A stretch of 54,965 nucleotides of DNA, the filler included, from Asterionella formosa (Eukaryota): NCBI GenBank assembly GCA_002256025.1. It is 5 parts of 5 records of this genome, joined end to end, with 100 filler letters (N's around TTAATTAATTAA, not from the genome) between each part and the next. Parts side by side here need not be neighbours in the genome. Positions count along the whole stretch, not along the records: positions 22,053 to 32,959 come from NKIB01009014.1; positions 33,060 to 43,963 come from NKIB01009023.1; 3 more parts are not named here. One strand, 5' to 3'. Under the pieces are notes generated by a model that was not told the DNA's origin, searched no databases, and saw only the letters and a list, made by a program, of their open reading frames with translations. The position numbers and the translations under genes were made by a program. The stretch's first letter is position 1, and each line of letters opens with the position of its first letter. This document shows, piece by piece, positions 22,961 through 34,980 of the stretch.

Positions 22961-23531
22961 AAAGTACCGGTGTACAGTAGTTCCAACGTACGTACTTACG
23001 CACGATCCAACAGTTGATATACCGGTATATGAGGAAGCAAAAAGCCTTAAGAGAACTATCTGACGACATCCCAGATGGACAATCAAGAATGTGCTGGAGT
23101 TGCCAACATTTTAATTGATTATTATTAGACGAATACATTTGAAGGAAGGTTCTAGCAAGGAGAACAAAATGGTAAATCAATGATTGCTGGCAATCAATTG
23201 GACTTGAATTTGGCAGAGCAAATTGACGATGAAAACAAAGCATTCAAACTCTATACAAGCTATGTTAAACAGAATTTATGAGTCAACTACATAATCAAAA
23301 TAACATCAACAAGGATGTAACTTCTTTTTTTCAACTGTCTATTTTTAAAACCAAATGTAATATGTACCCAACCCAATTACAACTACCTGGTACTGGGTAG
23401 TACCTTTACCCCACCATCATGCATGTGGAGGCTCAAAACCACACCTAGTGCTTTCAAACTGTTATTGCTTGATAATGTCATTGCAGTCAGGACTTGAATT
23501 TCAAATTGTAACAGGAGAAGGAAACAACAGG

Positions 23532-24090
23532 ATTTGTGTTGATGCAAGAAGGCACGCTGCTGTCCAAATGACTTGGTGCACCGCCATTGGCACATCGCTG
23601 CTTGTGATCGTCCGTCTGTCGTCGGGCATCGGCGAGGGATCAATGTTGGATTTTTTGATGAAAGTTGATTTCTTGTGCCGGTATCTTGCTTGTGTTGGTA
23701 ATGATGGTCTGACTAATGTTGCATTTTATCCCTTGCACAGTTTCTCACAACAGACCCGTGAGATGGCCACTGAGAAGCAAAGAGAGTACAGTGCCATTGC
23801 TGATCCCATTACTACGATCCGACGAGAAAGGGACAATGAGGGTCTTCTCTGGTAGATCTTCAAAGGTGGCGTCTTCTACGTCCATGATGGGTCCAGCGAG
23901 TTGGGCAGTCCATGCGTTGAAAGGTCTAGCCAACTTGAGACGATTTTCATCACCCTTCAGCTTGGCAGCGGACACCATTTTCATGGATGCGGTGATCTTC
24001 TTAATATTCTTGGTGGACACAATTTGCATGGCGACTAAATAATGTAGAATGAAAAAGACAGAAAATAATTAAGGGACGGTGAGATGAGAA
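23532..24090. pseudogene. ATP3: Rearranged pseudogene fragment of mitochondrial ATP synthase gamma subunit
   Basis: Minus strand 24034-23814 encodes AMQIVSTKNIKKITASMKMVSAAKLKG..LIVPFSSDR. Plus strand 23741-23781 encodes QQTREMATEKQ, the segment immediately preceding it in the protein. The remainder of the gene is absent. Confidence 0.85.
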
Positions 24091-25592
24091 TATTTCAATT
24101 GTTTCAATGGAAATGGACATGAGGACCAAAGGAGTCATTGTTCTGAACCATCGTGCTATAGTAATGTTTTTGATACCAAAAATTGAAATACAAGTTGTTT
24201 GGTATTGGATTACTTTGGTTACAAAGTATAGAGTTTGATTTGGAGGAAATGAGAGATATTCCTGTATCTTTAGTCCGAAACAAAAGAAACTAATTTCATC
24301 TTTTGAAATTAAGGCAAATTCTATTTTTTCCTTCTTCCAAAATATAAACAATGTTCTACTGAAGTGATTCAATTCTGATCTCAAGCCTATATTTGACCAT
24401 TTTCCACAAATGAAGGATACATGTCCTTTGAGCTGGCTAGAAAATGTTTACAACAATACTATTTGGGTTGTTGACTATGGATATCTGTTCTATTCATATT
24501 GTAGTAGCTTCAGTTGAATTAGTGCAACCCACTGTAACTTCCAAGAGGCATCATACTAACAATAAAGCCACGCTACTATACTATCCCTGAAAATGAAGTG
24601 GTAGACTCCCAAAAAAATGATGATATCCCTGCTCAAGCAATCTACCAGGCTTCCAATGTACAAGGTCCTGCTCGAAGCATCTACTATAACCCTGATATTA
24701 GAGAGCAATTATCAGAATCTTAGTATACCCGATGGCCCTGATAACCCGCCCATGAGGGTAACTGGCTGTTGACAGAGATAAGATGCTCTTAGGCACATGA
24801 AAAAGTGAATATTGTAATGAGGCATTGCAGCTTGCTGGTCTGATTATTTCCTTTCCTACTGTACAAAACACTCAACTAAAAATTTAATTTGAAATTTGAT
24901 GGTGTGCATTGCACACCTAGAGCCTAAGTCCTCCAAGGAGAAACTTGTTGTGAAGACATTGGGAGGATTCAAAATATGTACACCTAGAAGGAAAATGTAG
25001 TAGATTCTGAAGAGTGTCTTTGTCAAGTCGATCAAGCTTTTATTTCTACTAGAAGGGGATATTGGTTTCAGTTCGACCTACTTCTTACAACAATAGGAAC
25101 ATCTGCATCTGATGCTACCTTGCTGTGTGGCATTTTGTTTGTGAAATGGTGAGTAAACTAATTTGTCCTATAATGACATAACTCGGATAAAAAAGTACTA
25201 GAGAGGCACATGCGAATTCTCAAATGACATCTATCTGCAATGGCTAGAAAAGGAAAACATCAATATACTACAGATGACATCAGCTGACAAATCACTGATA
25301 ATTGAACATATTTCATATAGCCATCCTCAGTTGTTTAGGTCAAACCATTCACCTGCAATGTAAGAGAAACCAAGAAAGGAGCAATTTAGTAGCTGTGCCT
25401 AAAAGCAATCATTTCCAACCTAGCAATTCTCCATCAGCAAATTCGAAGTATCGGTAACAAGAAACACCGTTCTAACATATGTATGATTGAATGTATCATC
25501 TGAAGCCAAAATTTGTATTCCAGTCTGCAGTCAAATGAACTCACCATTTCAACCCATTCAACCTTTAAGAGAGCAAATATAGATCGGACATT

Positions 25593-26038
25593 TTATTCGC
25601 TTCGTGGGGTAGGACACTCCTTGGCAATATGCCCTTCTCCACCACAGTTGTAACAAGCTTTGTTACCAGCTGGTTTTGTGCAGTCCGCACTAATGTGGCC
25701 AACCTTTCCGCAGTTGAAACAACGGCGGTATAGAGCCCTTGCCTTGTTGATCACTTGGCGCTCTTCACCTTCCAAACGAGGATTTTCACAATCACGAGCA
25801 ATGTGGCCTCCCTAAGTCAAGTGAACGTAGCGACGCATAGATAAGTGGTTTGTGAGTGAATATTATTCATATTCTAAAGATACATGGTGTTAGCATCAAA
25901 CCATACCTGACCGCAGTTGTAACAGGTCTTTTCCTTAACAGCCTTTTCCTTGGTGGCCTTTTCTTTAGGTGGACGCTTGATGCCGGTAGCCGCCGCAACT
26001 GGCGGGGTCGTCACCACTTCTTCCTTCGCTTCGGCCAT
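25593..26038 (-). CDS. CNBP/Gis2-like CCHC zinc-knuckle nucleic acid-binding protein (2 exons)
   Basis: Exons 26038-25907 and 25811-25593 (GTATGG..TTAG) give three CX2CX4HX4C knuckles: CYNCGQ|GGHIARDC, CFNCGKVGHISADC, CYNCGGEGHIAKEC. Confidence 0.92.
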
Positions 26039-27209
26039 AATCCCGCTCGTCCCACTAAATAAAAAACCGAAGGCAACATGGAGTGAGAGAGGGGAAACAA
26101 GAATGATTACTACACTGTATACGCGAGCGCAGCGCATTGAACTCAAAGATTGGAATATCCCATTTGCATCCCCTACTCCTCGCAATCATTGATATTTGTC
26201 NNNNNNNNNNNNNNNNNNNNNNNNNNNNNNNNNNNNNNNNNNNNNNNNNNNNNNNNNNNNNNNNNNNNNNNNNNNNNNNNNNNNNNNNNNNNNNNNNNNN
26301 NNNNNNNNNNNNNNNNNNNNNNNNNNNNNNNNNNNNNNNNNNNNNNNNNNNNNNNNNNNNNNNNNNNNNNNNNNNNNNNNNNNNNNNNNNNNNNNNNNNN
26401 NNNNNNNNNNNNNNNNNNNNNNNNNNNNNNNNNNNNNNNNNNNNNNNNNNNNNNNNNNNNNNNNNNNNNNNNNNNNNNNNNNNNNNNNNNNNNNNNNNNN
26501 NNNNNNNNNNNNNNNNNNNNNNNNNNNNNNNNNNNNNNNNNNNNNNNNNNNNNNNNNNNNNNNNNNNNNNNNNNNNNNNNNNNNNNNNNNNNNNNNNNNN
26601 NNNNNNNNNNNNNNNNNNNNNNNNNNNNNNNNNNNNNNNNNNNNNNNNNNNNNNNNNNNNNNNNNNNNNNNNNNNNNNNNNNNNNNNNNNNNNNNNNNNN
26701 NNNNNNNNNNNNNNNNNNNNNNNNNNNNNNNNNNNNNNNNNNNNNNNNNNNNNNNNNNNNNNNNNNNNNNNNNNNNNNNNNNNNNNNNNNNNNNNNNNNN
26801 NNNNNNNNNNNNNNNNNNNNNNNNNNNNNNNNNNNNNNNNNNNNNNNNNNNNNNNNNNNNNNNNNNNNNNNNNNNNNNNNNNNNNNNNNNNNNNNNNNNN
26901 NNNNNNNNNNNNNNNNNNNNNNNNNNNNNNNNNNNNNNNNNNNNNNNNNNNNNNNNNNNNNNNNNNNNNNNNNNNNNNNNNNNNNNNNNNNNNNNNNNNN
27001 NNNNNNNNNNNNNNNNNNNNNNNNNNNNNNNNNNNNNNNNNNNNNNNNNNNNNNNNNNNNNNNNNNATCATAAGTAAAATTCCTGCTTGTCCCATTATTT
27101 ACGTGCTTCACTCATTGTTTCTGGGTCTCACCTGTCACGAAAAGCCATCACCCACCAAAAGTCTTGGTCAAAATTACTCCCTGATCATTCCTTTAGAAAT
27201 CCTAGCAAC

Positions 27210-29006
27210 ATGCCACCTACCAACAAGAAGTACAAGCTGTTTGCTGCCACTGGCGGTGAGAAGGCGCCATGCGCCTTCTTCACTACTCCGGCGGGCTGCC
27301 GAATGGGCGACAAATGCAAGTTCGCTCATGATCCTCCTGGCGCACATGGCCAACACGCCGCACTTGTTCCTGATACTTCCTCAGTTATCAGTTCCGAAAG
27401 CGATGAAAGTAGCATACCTTCACCATTACATGTTCCTAAAGTTGCTCCTGCTATTCCCCTCAAACCCATTCCTCTTCCTATCGCACCTGTCGTGAAGAAA
27501 GTTACCACCAGCGCTCTTTCTTTTCCGCAGTCCACTGTGCAAAACGAACAGACTACAGCAGAAAAGAAGAAGAAAAAGAAGCGAAAGTCGGCCGACACTT
27601 CTGGCGCTGATATGTTTGCCAAGCCAAAGAATCTGCTTATCGCCTCCCCTCCCGCTATTGTCTCGGCTCAGCCGGAACAGAAGAAAGCCAAATTAGCTGC
27701 TCCTGATCTCGAGAAGATGTTGAAAGCTCTTCCAGTATCTACTCCCCCAACCCGCATTCCACCCCCAACAGTTGTTGCTCCTGCACCAACGTTCACCTCT
27801 TTTCGAAACCTCGATCTCCCCATTGCCTCGTTTTCGATCCCTGGCATCGATAACGGAACCACACCAAACACCCCACCCCCACCAACACCCGCGCCAGCTC
27901 TACCCCTCCCCATCAACTCTGAAGTCGGTCTCAAATGGCAAAACGCAATTATTGAGACTCGCAAACACCCCCGCTACAATGGATCCTATGACTTTTCCAA
28001 GTCTAAGGAAGCTGACTTGACCAATGGTCGGTGCAAGGCCCAAGATTGGATGAAGGCTCAACCATACGGCCCCTGGTGCGCTGCCAATCCTCAAGCGATT
28101 GCTATCGACTGCGAAATGTGTGAAACCAAGGACCCCGCAACTGGTGTTATCGACTCAAAGGCACTATGCCGTATCAGTGTTGTCAACGCGGAAAAGCCGG
28201 ATGAAGTTTTGTTGGATACACTGGTCAAACCAGCATGGCCTGTTTCGGATCACCGAAGTCGAATTAATGGCATCGCGCACGAGCATTTGGAAAATGTTCA
28301 ATTCACTCTGGAACACGCACAAGCCTTTATGTCTGCTCTCTGCAGTGAAGAGACTGTCATCATTGGACATGCCGTCCACAATGATTTGATTGCTCTGAGG
28401 ATGGAGCACCATTGCAATGTCGACTCAGCCTTTTTGTTTTCTGTAAGGGACGAGCCTGGAGCAACCTGCTCGCTGAGAGATTTAACCATGGAAATCCAAA
28501 AGAAGGAAATGCCCGAAACTCATGACTCTGTGAATGATGCCAGAATGTCCCTCTTGAACCTTATCCACTTTCTAGAGAAGGATGGCAAGGTGGAACCAAT
28601 TACTCGCCATTATGAGCCCAAAAATCGCCATAAGCATAATTCACTCGCTGCATCTCAGCTCTTTGTTCATCGCATCCCCAAGATTTGCAGAGCTGAAAAC
28701 ATTGATGCATTATTCCTTGTCCATACGTTAATCAAGCCAAAGGAAGTGGCTGAGATTGAATTCAGTGGAGATACAGGCAAGACCTTTGTGACCTTTCCAA
28801 GTGCCAAACATGCTAGGCTGGCGTTTGATACCTTGGATGGACCAGAAGACAAGGATGCCGGTGGTCGAGCACAGAAGAAGGTTTTTTTGCGCGACGGCGG
28901 TTATGTGCGAGTACGTAGAATGGCTCACCCGAGGGCCGATACACCCCATAAGGTCAGACCAACCAGCACCCCTACAACACCCAATCCAGACGATCCCACT
29001 TGTTAG
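27210..29006 (+). CDS. REX1/SDN-like DEDDh RNA exonuclease with N-terminal CCCH zinc finger and C-terminal RRM-like domain
   Basis: CAFFTTPAGCRMGDKCKFAH; Lys-rich NLS; AIDCEMC, GHAVHNDL, HDSVNDA; LFVHRIP..GKTFVTF. First ATG at 27210. Confidence 0.9.
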   Translation: MPPTNKKYKLFAATGGEKAPCAFFTTPAGCRMGDKCKFAHDPPGAHGQHAALVPDTSSVISSESDESSIPSPLHVPKVAPAIPLKPIPLPIAPVVKKVTTSALSFPQSTVQNEQTTAEKKKKKKRKSADTSGADMFAKPKNLLIASPPAIVSAQPEQKKAKLAAPDLEKMLKALPVSTPPTRIPPPTVVAPAPTFTSFRNLDLPIASFSIPGIDNGTTPNTPPPPTPAPALPLPINSEVGLKWQNAIIETRKHPRYNGSYDFSKSKEADLTNGRCKAQDWMKAQPYGPWCAANPQAIAIDCEMCETKDPATGVIDSKALCRISVVNAEKPDEVLLDTLVKPAWPVSDHRSRINGIAHEHLENVQFTLEHAQAFMSALCSEETVIIGHAVHNDLIALRMEHHCNVDSAFLFSVRDEPGATCSLRDLTMEIQKKEMPETHDSVNDARMSLLNLIHFLEKDGKVEPITRHYEPKNRHKHNSLAASQLFVHRIPKICRAENIDALFLVHTLIKPKEVAEIEFSGDTGKTFVTFPSAKHARLAFDTLDGPEDKDAGGRAQKKVFLRDGGYVRVRRMAHPRADTPHKVRPTSTPTTPNPDDPTC

Positions 29007-29156
29007 AAGAAGGTAAGTATGGTGTGCAGTAAGCAGTACAGTTTTTTGACTAAGTGCATTTCGACATAAACACGACAAGTAACTATCTAACTATAGTAAG
29101 ACAAATTAAAAAAACAAATTTGTCGTCACTTAGTAATCTAATTTTGACCTCACTTC

Positions 29157-31043
29157 TTAATACACACGGGCAACAGGAGCAACAGTCTTACACTCGTCTT
29201 CGTCCAGAGTGTAATAATGGATGGGTCTGTATTCAATTTTGGTCTTGCCATCCTTAAAGTAGGCCAAGGTGTGCTTCATCCAATTGACATCGTCACGGGT
29301 GGGATAATCTTCGTGTGCGTGAGCCCCTCTAGATTCCTTGCGCTTCTCTGCTCCATGCATAGTTGTACTGGCGCATGGTAACAAGTTCTTGAGTTCCATT
29401 GTCTCGATAAGATCCGTGTTCCAGATCAACGATTTGTCTGTCACTTTAACGTGGTTGAACTTATCTACAACTTGATCAATCTTGACTGCGCCTTCGGCGA
29501 GGACTTCTGATGTTCTGTATACAGCAGCGTGGTCTTGCATGACATGCTGCATCTCGGATCGAATCTCCGCAGTAGTGATGTCACCATTGGAGAATCTCAG
29601 CTTATCAAGGTCAGCAAGGGAGTCCATACCAGCATCGCTTTTCATGTCAGGAATTTTTTCTCCTGGAGTGGCAATTTCCGCAATTCTGAGGGCGCAAGCA
29701 CGTCCAAAGACAACAATGTCTAACAGGGAGTTGGCTCCAAGGCGATTGGCGCCATGGACAGAAGCACATGCGGCTTCTCCTGCAGCAAAGAGTCCAGGAA
29801 CAATATCGTCTTGGATGAAGTTTCCGGACGAGTCCAACTTGGTTCTGATGACTTCGCCATGATGGTTGGTTGGGATGCCTCCCATGTTGTAGTGAACAGT
29901 AGGCAAGCAAGGAATTGGTTCCTTGGTGACATCAACTCCGGCAAAAATACTGGCAGTCTCGGAAATTCCCGGCAACCGTTCAGCCAACAAATCCGGAGGC
30001 AAATGGTCCAAGTGCAAGTAAATGTGATCTTTCTTGGGGCCCACACCACGTCCTTCACGGATCTCCATGGTCATGGCGCGGGAAACGACATCACGTGACG
30101 CCAGATCCTTGGCAGAAGGAGCATACCGCTCCATGAACCTTTCACCCTCACTGTTTCGCAACATTCCTCCCTCTCCGCGGCATCCTTCGGTCATGAGGCA
30201 ACCGGCCCCGTAGATTCCGGTCGGATGGAACTGCACAAACTCATTGTCTTGGTTCGCAATTCCCTGGCGCATGGCCATGGCATTTCCATCCCCGGTGCAT
30301 GTGTGAGCTGAGGTACAGCTGAAGTAGGCACGACCGTATCCTCCAGTCGCCAAGACGGTGTTCTTCGCGTGAATTCTGTGGATTGTTCCATCCTCCATGT
30401 TCAAGGCCATGACTCCGATGCATGCGCCCTCATCGTTCATAAGGAGATCCATGGCGAAATATTCAATAAAGTAAGTCGTATCAAATGCCAGCGAGCGACC
30501 ATACAAGGTGTGCAACATGGCATGGCCGGTTCTGTCTGCTGCACAAGCACATCGATGTGCCTGAGCCCCCTTTCCATAGTCCAGAGACTGACCCCCAAAG
30601 GCTCGCTGGTAAATCTTTCCGTCTTCAGTTCTTGAAAAGGGCAATCCAAACTGTTCCAGTTCCAAAACCGCCTTGGGTGCCTCTCGACACATGTAATGGA
30701 TGGCGTCTTGATCGCCCAGCCAGTCCGATCCCTTGACAGTGTCATACATGTGCCATCGCCAATCGTCCTCTCCCATGTTTCCAAGAGCGGCATTGACCCC
30801 TCCTTGTGCCGCGACAGTGTGCGAGCGCGTGGGGAATAGTTTGGAGACGCATGCGGTCTTGAATCCGGCTTCGCTGAGTCCCATGGCAGCCCGAAGGCCA
30901 GCACCTCCGGCCCCAACCACAACGGCGTCGTACTCATGATCGACAATGGTGTAGTCTCCAGTCATGGTCGACGCCACGCCGCGTCGGGCAGCTGTGCGAG
31001 TGAGAGTGCGGGCTGTGCTGGAGCGAATGGTAGATGACAACAT
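29157..31043 (-). CDS. SDHA: Succinate dehydrogenase flavoprotein subunit, mitochondrial
   Basis: Mitochondrial presequence; [23 protein letters not shown] (FAD-binding His); [26 protein letters not shown]. Confidence 0.99.
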   Translation of the reverse strand: MLSSTIRSSTARTLTRTAARRGVASTMTGDYTIVDHEYDAVVVGAGGAGLRAAMGLSEAGFKTACVSKLFPTRSHTVAAQGGVNAALGNMGEDDWRWHMYDTVKGSDWLGDQDAIHYMCREAPKAVLELEQFGLPFSRTEDGKIYQRAFGGQSLDYGKGAQAHRCACAADRTGHAMLHTLYGRSLAFDTTYFIEYFAMDLLMNDEGACIGVMALNMEDGTIHRIHAKNTVLATGGYGRAYFSCTSAHTCTGDGNAMAMRQGIANQDNEFVQFHPTGIYGAGCLMTEGCRGEGGMLRNSEGERFMERYAPSAKDLASRDVVSRAMTMEIREGRGVGPKKDHIYLHLDHLPPDLLAERLPGISETASIFAGVDVTKEPIPCLPTVHYNMGGIPTNHHGEVIRTKLDSSGNFIQDDIVPGLFAAGEAACASVHGANRLGANSLLDIVVFGRACALRIAEIATPGEKIPDMKSDAGMDSLADLDKLRFSNGDITTAEIRSEMQHVMQDHAAVYRTSEVLAEGAVKIDQVVDKFNHVKVTDKSLIWNTDLIETMELKNLLPCASTTMHGAEKRKESRGAHAHEDYPTRDDVNWMKHTLAYFKDGKTKIEYRPIHYYTLDEDECKTVAPVARVY

Positions 31044-31882
31044 GATGCTGATTGTGGCTCAATGCACTATGATATATATGATGATTGATGGAAGGAAGAT
31101 TCAGGCCCAACAATAAGGCGAAGGCGAAGTTGCTAAATAAACGGAAAATGATAATATGAGATATACGTAGATAAATAAAATTATGGCAAGAGGAGGGAGA
31201 AAGACAGCTGCAATTCATGATGATGCATCGAAGATTTAGGATTCCAGTATAAAAGCCATGTACTGATTTTCTTCTAGCTACTATGGAACCATACATGTCT
31301 ACCGGTGGGCAGAAAGCACAACGAAATCTAGAATTACCGGTAGACTACCTGGTACTCCAGATACGAGGTGTTAAGGCAGAATCACATGTAGTAAGAAAAA
31401 AAAAGTCTGAGTACATTATTTATGTAGGCAACAAAAGCTCTGGAACAAAACTTGAAGAGGCAAATGCGAACCCCACTTGACTCAGTCACAACCAGAACAA
31501 CCATCAAAATGAGCGACAGTCCAATAGCACTACCGGTCTGTATGCACACGAGCTAAACAGATGTTCCGTATTCCCTGCCAAAATGTCGATAGGGTGGGTG
31601 TGTTTACGACTTGCTCATCATCAGAGCAATAATGTAGATTCTGTATTCTGTATGCAGGGATGAATACACGTACATACACTTTCAGTTTGTCACTAGTTTA
31701 CAGGCATTCGCATCACGCAAACCAGGATGGGGCGTTGAAGGCATTGTTCTGGTAGATCGCTTGACTAGTCTACCGGTACCGGTACCGGTACCTGGGCCTG
31801 GTCCCTTGACTTTGGCATCACATGATATACGTAAAACAATCACATTCCCACCATGAAATCCACAATGCGAATGTCGCTCCTC

Positions 31883-32875
31883 TCAGTCTATACCATCATA
31901 ATTGGCAAAGTCTCCTTGATCAAACTCGTAAACATCATCATCTGCATCAGTCGCTACCTGCACCTGGACAGGTCGCACAGCATTGTGGGAGGTGGGCACT
32001 GCCAAGGACTGTTTCACCCCAAACCGTTCTAGTAAGTCCCGCACATGGTTGACCTGAAAATTCTTGGGAAGTTCTTGGGTTATTGGGGTGAGGTTTGCCA
32101 GCAAGTCTCCCCCTCGATAAATGATTAACGACGGCAACCCGACTGGGTCCATGGTTTGTATCGCTCGGGATGCCAGTAGTTTGAGAAAACGAGCTGGGAG
32201 TATCTGACTCAATTCTTCCAATATTCTATTCAATCGTTGACAATCTGGAATATAATCTTCATACAGGTGCACCACTACATCGGTTGTGGCTGGAGTTTGG
32301 TCAATGGCATCGGCATATCCTTCTGGGTCCACTTCGTGCAGTCCTTCATGGTAGCGTACAAAAACGTTGGATCTTTCCTTCTTCCATTGTTCGAGTCGCT
32401 TTATTCTGTACTCCACGATAAAATCATCGTCTTGGTCTTCGTCTTGATTTCGTCGTTCCATTCGTTTCGACTGCTGCTTCCGTTCTTCTATGGCGACTCC
32501 AGACCAGCTGACTTCGCTAGGGTTCAGCGTAGCCCCACCTGTCCATCGTTCCAGCATTGCTTGTTTCTCTCTATAGACACGGTCTCGTTCCATCTGATCC
32601 ATTTCGTCACGCCGTTTCTTTTCTGCCAAGACCCCCTTGGGTCCGGTGCCAGTACCAGTAGTAGTGGATCGAACTGCGGGTACTGTTGTTGGTTGTCGTG
32701 CTTGCAATTGGAAGGGTTCGGGGTGGAGGACTTGCGAATCGTCATCATCGTTGTCATTATCATTTTGGTTTTCGCCTGCCGCAGCAGCCCCTCCTCGATC
32801 CTCTAACTCTTCTTCCCACCAAGTGTATTTGCCTGGAATGTTCTTTTTGAAGAAACGGTCCTCCAAGTCACCCAT
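31883..32875 (-). CDS. Phosducin-like protein (PhLP1 type)
   Basis: TGPKGVL motif, charged helical region, DDDFIVEYRIKRLEQ, thioredoxin-like domain VVVHLYEDYIPDC..LPSLIIYRGG. Confidence 0.9.
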   Translation of the reverse strand: MGDLEDRFFKKNIPGKYTWWEEELEDRGGAAAAGENQNDNDNDDDDSQVLHPEPFQLQARQPTTVPAVRSTTTGTGTGPKGVLAEKKRRDEMDQMERDRVYREKQAMLERWTGGATLNPSEVSWSGVAIEERKQQSKRMERRNQDEDQDDDFIVEYRIKRLEQWKKERSNVFVRYHEGLHEVDPEGYADAIDQTPATTDVVVHLYEDYIPDCQRLNRILEELSQILPARFLKLLASRAIQTMDPVGLPSLIIYRGGDLLANLTPITQELPKNFQVNHVRDLLERFGVKQSLAVPTSHNAVRPVQVQVATDADDDVYEFDQGDFANYDGID

Positions 32876-33059
32876 GATTACGTTTGTGAATAGAGTACCG
32901 GTACAGTATTATGAAGTTGTTTTGAAGTAATGACGACCAGCATGCTGATATGAAAATATNNNNNNNNNNNNNNNNNNNNNNNNNNNNNNNNNNNNNNNNN
33001 NNNTTAATTAATTAANNNNNNNNNNNNNNNNNNNNNNNNNNNNNNNNNNNNNNNNNNNN

Positions 33060-33230
33060 GCACATTTTGCGATTCGATGTGGTTGTTCATTAGGCTTGAA
33101 TTCCAAAGAATATCAACTCCCAGTTGTGGCACTTGTTTGCAACTTGCAAGCGCCTCAAACTGGTTATGCTGCACTGTTGAGCCATATTGAAGTCGAAACG
33201 TTGTTTCATGAATTTGGTCATGCCTTTTAA
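33060..33230 (+). pseudogene. Fragment of an M3 metallopeptidase (mitochondrial intermediate peptidase-like) ending just after HEXXH
   Basis: Frame from 33060: [39 protein letters not shown] then TAA. No splice donor is evident. Confidence 0.8.
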
Positions 33231-33387
33231 TACCAGTACCAGGGTTTTTTGTAGTTTACCTTTGTACACAGTGCTAGTTGACTGCTAGTACACTAGCTTT
33301 CACTACGGTCTTAAAAGGTTGCACTGGGGGTTGAATTTTTTGCATGTACCACCCTGGTACCGTGGTACCAGAGTACCAGTACCAGTA

Positions 33388-34176
33388 CCAGTAAAAAACT
33401 GCCATGACCCATTGAGAATACTTTTGAAGTGTCGTGACCCATTGAACGTAGAATAAAACGTTTTGCAATCAAAACTTAAATAAATGTAAATTTCGAGAGT
33501 TCTGGCTCCTTCCCGAGCATATAGACTAGTCAGCTATGTAATTAGTTTGAGATTTGGAGCAAGTTGTTCATCTCGATAGATTGTCTGAAATGGTCGATCG
33601 ACCGAAAAACCATGAAGAACACGAATTAGGGTAAGTTTAGAAGTCACTGCATCATATGATATACAACGATCAATATAAAAATTTCGATATTAATTTGAAC
33701 CTTCACCTCATTTTCGACAATATAATAATCTTGTCTTGGTATTGACTTCTACGGAGATGGCAAATTATTTAGGCACACAGCAGCATCATCATGCAAATGC
33801 GTTATGTATGATTATGGGTATACCAGGTAGGGAGTACATACCAAGTTTTCATCCCACCTTTCTAATAGCATGCATGACAAGTGCTTTAACACATGACCTA
33901 ATCTGTCCTCCAAAATGTATATAAATTTATTTACGTTTATCTAGGAAAAAATTATATACTGCCGTGACCCATTGAAATCACTTTTTAGCTGTTTTATTAT
34001 CATCGTATCTTCTGATGAAATCGTTCAATCAGAATTCTAACATGACAGCTTGATCATTGATCGATGCTGCTCTGACACTATCGAACAAACGGATCCGCAA
34101 TTCGGTAGAATTTACCATCAGTCGGAGGAGTCAAACAAACACCCTAACTCAATGGGTCATGGCAGTCTTTTACTGG
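33388..34176. mobile_element. 789-bp non-autonomous TIR element (MITE) flanked by TA, Tc1/mariner-like
   Basis: TA|CCAGTAAAAAACTGCCATGACCCATTGAG ... CTCAATGGGTCATGGCAGTCTTTTACTGG|TA (29-bp TIR, 1 mismatch). Internal copies of the TGACCCATTGA core near 33435 and 33965. Confidence 0.9.
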
Positions 34177-34516
34177 TACCCGGTACCATATAGCTATTGT
34201 TGTATATATATATAATATACCGGTATATGATGCGTCCTATATGTAGTGATTCTACGACGATAATAATGATTGGGTTTCTAGTGACTACATTCAAAGTAGT
34301 CAATATGGAATCCTACGTTTAGGCAACTTTGGGAAAAAACCTAAACAAAATGCGTTTGGGTAACTTATTGGGATATGGGCACCTAAACGTAATGCGTTTG
34401 TGTTGAGTTTTTCACTCCCGATAGCATCGTTTTTTAGGGTTGCCGAAACCAAAACACTGTTTGGTTGGTGTTTTGGTCCACCATTAGCAACGGCCTTATG
34501 TGTCGTACTAGATTCG

Positions 34517-34980
34517 TAACTATCGCAAAAATAGTCAAAAAAGGGGCTACGAAGCTTTTCTAAAAATCTACGATACATAACTGCAGCTTCTCTCCAGAAG
34601 TTATCTCTTGACGTTATAGGGTACACGGCTATCTACTTTAATCTTCATGGAACCCCGCAGATGTAGAGCAATCCTCTCCAAAAAATCGACCCGATCGGCT
34701 TTTTCAGCAGTCGCCAAAATATTGGAATCGGAATTTGTATGTGCAAAACTTTCTCGTAGACTTAGAGTCTTGCGTAGGTATGTTTTGCTGCTTAATTCTC
34801 AGTCCGAAAAGACTCCAGGGTACGTTGGCGCGTCACTACACATATTCTGATTGGTTGAATTGAATTTACTCACCTGCTCCAGATTGGCTGAAGTATTCCG
34901 GTCTTGTAAAATCACGCCAGCCACACTTGAACCACATGCATTGGATGTACTATATACCAGGAGGTAAAATCAGTGCCGGT
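34517..34980 (+). repeat. ~465-bp non-coding interspersed repeat, copy 2
   Basis: Colinear with 20728-21194. Confidence 0.9.

Noticed and set aside
26055..27495. Long ORFs spanning N gaps (also 47048-48040)
   Set aside because: Artefacts of translating Ns.
31509..31760. Possible tiny spliced gene starting MSDSPIALP divergent from SDHA
   Set aside because: No splice combination I tried gave a convincing ORF.
20728..34980. The 465-bp direct repeats as LTRs of one element
   Set aside because: Different scaffolds; the intervening DNA is host genes; no TG..CA ends recognised.
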